From: Vicugna vicugna
Taxonomy: Eukaryota
Reading direction: 5' to 3'
NCBI GenBank assembly: GCA_013265495.1
Contig: MU058636.1
Coordinates: 124,001 to 188,000 of the forward strand
DNA length: 64,000 nucleotides
In this document: positions 60,511-64,000 of the stretch, piece by piece
Position numbering within the stretch: the stretch's first letter is position 1
Layout: each line of letters starts with the position of its first letter
The notes under the pieces: model-generated
What the model saw: the letters and a program-made list of their open reading frames with translations, nothing else
Databases searched by the model: none
What the model was told of the DNA's origin: nothing
Translations under genes and position numbers: made by a program

Positions 60511-63500
60511 CTTCTCACTGGTAAATGCAGAACGTTTCTGTGCAGTTTTATAAGTCTTCCTTTTGTGTCAGCACTGAAGAAATTTCTATGAATAGCTGTT
60601 CCAGTATAGTCTAAACATTGTGACGGACACAATTATAAACACACACCTGATAACAGCACAGGTAGTCTTAGCAATAACTATACGTCATCAGTCAGACACC
60701 GAATATTGTGAACTTACTTAATGTTACTTGCTGTATTGCTATAAATGCCCTTTAGAACATGTTGTTTCACTACTGAATTACATTTAAGAGCAACAGATTC
60801 TAAAATCGTGATTGTGTCATATGCTGTTTCAAAGTCCAAGATAATCCAGCCATAGGTTGCATTTTCGTATGTGGTACTGATGAGCGGTGTGCTCGCACAC
60901 ACAGTGATCACAGAGTACCCAGGTTCAGGAGGAAGTGTGTCTTTACTGGCAGAGGGTGTGTTGAAGATCAGCAGGTTTGTTTGTATGTGTAATGACTGGA
61001 AACAGTACAGGCCTTCTTAACCAAATTTGGAAGAAGGTATGTGCTAGAATAGTTTGCACCTTTTCAAAATGAACAGAACATTGCAAGAGCAGGAGAAAGG
61101 TGTTTTGAGGTGTTCTGAATTGTACTTTCAGAAGCATAACCGGAAGGTTGAGCAGTTGAAAATACTTGGTGAGATCCTGGAGAGCAGGTAACTTTAGTCC
61201 TTGGTTTAATTTCACCACGAGAGAAGCGTTTTCGTGGTCCAGCTCTGCCTGGTTAGTAGGTCCTGTGTCCTTAGAGGTTACTGCGTCTCTTTTGACCCCT
61301 GTAGTCCCTGTTCGGTCAGGCTTGAAGTGTGACTCAGAAAAATGTAGTCTTAATGGATATTGGTTTTTTCTTTACTTGTTGATAAATTTTTGAGTAGTGC
61401 TTATTAGTTGCTCCATGGCAGGTGTCTTTCTGAGAGTTCCTTGTTGTCCAGAGTAAGTTACAGTATAAAAAAATAAACAACAGTACTTCTCTAGATTGCA
61501 TTCAGGCTGCCTCTGCTAGGGAAGGAGTCTCTGGGTTTCACTGTTGGTAGTTTAAATAATTGTTCTTCACATTTGGAGGTGACAGAACTGACTTACTGTC
61601 AGTAAATGGCTGGTGATGGATTTATGCCAAATCGTCCACGTTCCGTGGCTGGACTGTGTGCACAGTGGCTCACGTAAGCCCATGTGGTAGCCCTCCAGCT
61701 GGCTGGAGGGTGGGACTGCCTTCTCAGGTTGTGGGGAGAGTAGTCCTATAACTTGATTGGCTCCTTGTCAGGTCATCATGGGACTGACAGAAATCAGTCT
61801 CATAGTTAGAATCATCAGTTCTCATGATTACTTAACCAGCTATCAGACCAACTCTGCTATTGATGTGTTCTTTAGAGCAAATGTCAATCCTAAAATAGAT
61901 CAGAGAAGCAGAATGTGGTTAAGTGTTCCTTAAATATGACAGATTTCCATTCTAATCGATAAACTCTCTTGAGAAAAGTCAGTTATCTAAAGTGCAGTGC
62001 TAGAAGTGAAAAGTGTTCTGTGGGGTGCAGCTGAAATTGAAGCAAAACTACCTGTCAGGGCTTTCGTTTTGTTTTGCACTTTCTTGTGTAGACAGTCTTG
62101 AGGTGTGTAGATTTCCACTCATACTTTTTGGGCTCATGGGCATATGGAGAGAGATGCTCACTCTGTAAGTAGGAGTGGCCCTGGAGCTAGGCCCCCTGGC
62201 TGGGCAGATGAACAGGACAGAGGTGGTCTTCGCTCCCTGTGGCGGGGGGAGTATCAGTTTAATCTAGAGTAATCACCTTCACGAGCCTTCTGCTCGGATG
62301 CTTTAACTTGTGTGGACTTGTACAGGCTTTGGGGAACTGCCTTGTATGTGCCCTGCAGGGGTGAAGCCCACGTGAGGGCTTTCGCACCAGGTGGCAGGAA
62401 TTGTCATTTATTAACCTGAACAGTCTTACACTTTTCAATTCCAGTTGTGTAGATTTAGAACTGGGAAGCTGAACAGTGGTAACCATCTTGTTTGCCTTCT
62501 CGTTTTCCTTTGTCTCTCTGAAGGACTCCCATGCTCCGTGCTCCGTTTTACGCCTCTCCCAGTCAGAAAGTTGGCTATTTCCGTCTGTCACCGTGATAGC
62601 GAGACTTAGGAGCTCTGTCAGATGCGGCCTGGCTTGGCGAGACAGCCCATTTAGAAACGACCCTGTCTGTTGCATGTGCTTTGTACTCGATGACGTATTC
62701 CTTGCGTCCTGACTTTGATGAAATCTTTGTAAGTGCCAGTAACAAATTGTAAAGACCATCTAGGTGAAGCTGGGTGAAGCTTGTGTCTGCCTTTATGCAT
62801 CCCTGTTGGTCTGTGCAAGGTTGAGCGGTCGGAGGGGTTTTGCTTCTGTTTGCATGTGGATCCCTGACTATTAATGTACAAGAGTTGATCGCTTCTCAGG
62901 CTGCTACCTTCTGAAGGTGCTTTCTGTGTAGTCTTTCTTGGAGGTGGAAGTATGGACTTAAGTGACTTCTTGATCCTTCTTCGATGTCTTTTAATGAAAA
63001 AATCTGTATATAATAGAGCATAGGCCTGTGTGATTTATGGTTATTGCTTCTGAAGGCCTTTGAGGAGGACTGAAGAAAAATTCTGCAGGCTATTTTTGTG
63101 TGAAATAAGCATCAATATGTGGATAAATTACATGGTGGTAGACCTTGAGTGCACTTGTCCACAAGTGCTTCTGAAGTCTCTTAAAAGTTTAAGACGGCTT
63201 TTCAGTATAAAAATCCAATTTAGGGTAGATTGTTTTAAGCTGATATACTGGGGTTGAGTTTTGCTGTTATGTTCTGACACTTTTAAAAGTTCTTGATGTT
63301 TACATAAAAAGACTTCTCATGTGACTTAGCTGCTGTTTTTAAGGAGAACTTAGGCATTTTGTTAGGAATTCCTACTTTCTAGCTTTTAGTGTAGGTTTGG
63401 ATATTTAAGGTGTAGTGCTAAATAGGAAACTTAAGTATCTCATTTTAGTTCCTTGTGATTTTGTGGTTTTGTTGTATTTAATAACCAAAGGAGCATTCCC

Positions 63501-64000
63501 CATTAAATCAGTAAGAGTAAAAATTTTCAAATTGGGGAAAAGGCATTTTTTAAATGACAAATTATTATTTTAAAAATATGACTTAGGAATAACCATGCTA
63601 ATTACATTAGATACTTTGAGTGATCATTGAAAATTATAAAAAAAAAATTAGCACTTTAGTTCTTTTCCTGTGAATGCAGTTATACTTTTGAGAAAGTAGA
63701 ATTTATTCTGGAAAATATGAATTACAGTGCTAAACTTGATTTTCTTGTGTGTGAATATATTATACAGTAACTTTTGTAAAATGTTACTCTACATGAAGAT
63801 TTCACTTTGGGCGATCACTGGGGTGTGTTACTACTAACTTGGGTTTATTTATGGAACTAAGAGCCTCTCCTTGAATGACTAATGACTATTCAGATTCTGA
63901 AACAGACTTCTTGAATTGTTTACGTAGCCTTTGCCCGAAGGATGTAGATTCTGCTTTCTATTAGTGAAACTAATTTATATGGTGGCCAGAGTGTAATATA

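Noticed and set aside
62259..62759. 166-aa minus-strand ORF in NUP58 intron 13
   Set aside because: No recognisable homology, promoter or splice context
1..64000. CRISPR arrays, prokaryotic operons, rRNA or snoRNA genes
   Set aside because: Eukaryotic intron-exon DNA; no regularly spaced repeats or convincing structured-RNA signatures seen

Overview
Mammalian genomic DNA, probably camelid (inferred from two Vic-1-like tRNA-derived SINEs). Two genes lie head to head. MTMR6 (myotubularin-related phosphatase) is complete on the minus strand: 14 coding exons, 25166->3713, 1866 nt = 621 aa + stop, all GT-AG and in phase. NUP58 (NUPL1) is on the plus strand: exons 1-13, 30784->60487, running off the window; read-through into intron 13 gives the Nup45-type short C-terminus. 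NUP58 intron 6 holds a young, apparently full-length antisense LINE-1 (~40189-47274) with open ORF1 and ORF2, a TSD and two assembly gaps in its 5'UTR. The rest is introns with old L1, a solo ERV LTR, MLT1, MER, MIR, SINEs and microsatellites. I found no wholly new biological system. The best leads are: (1) a MTMR6 cassette exon that is 115 nt rather than 114 nt and carries a stop; (2) a NUP58 exon 9 acceptor reading AA instead of AG; (3) an in-frame cryptic exon with ATG on the L1 antisense strand upstream of NUP58 exon 7; (4) an L1 inter-ORF ORF whose stop lies just past the ORF2 start; (5) an orphan intragenic CpG island and exon-sized GC-biased divergence patches. Comparisons with human or rodent orthologues are from memory and need alignment to confirm.
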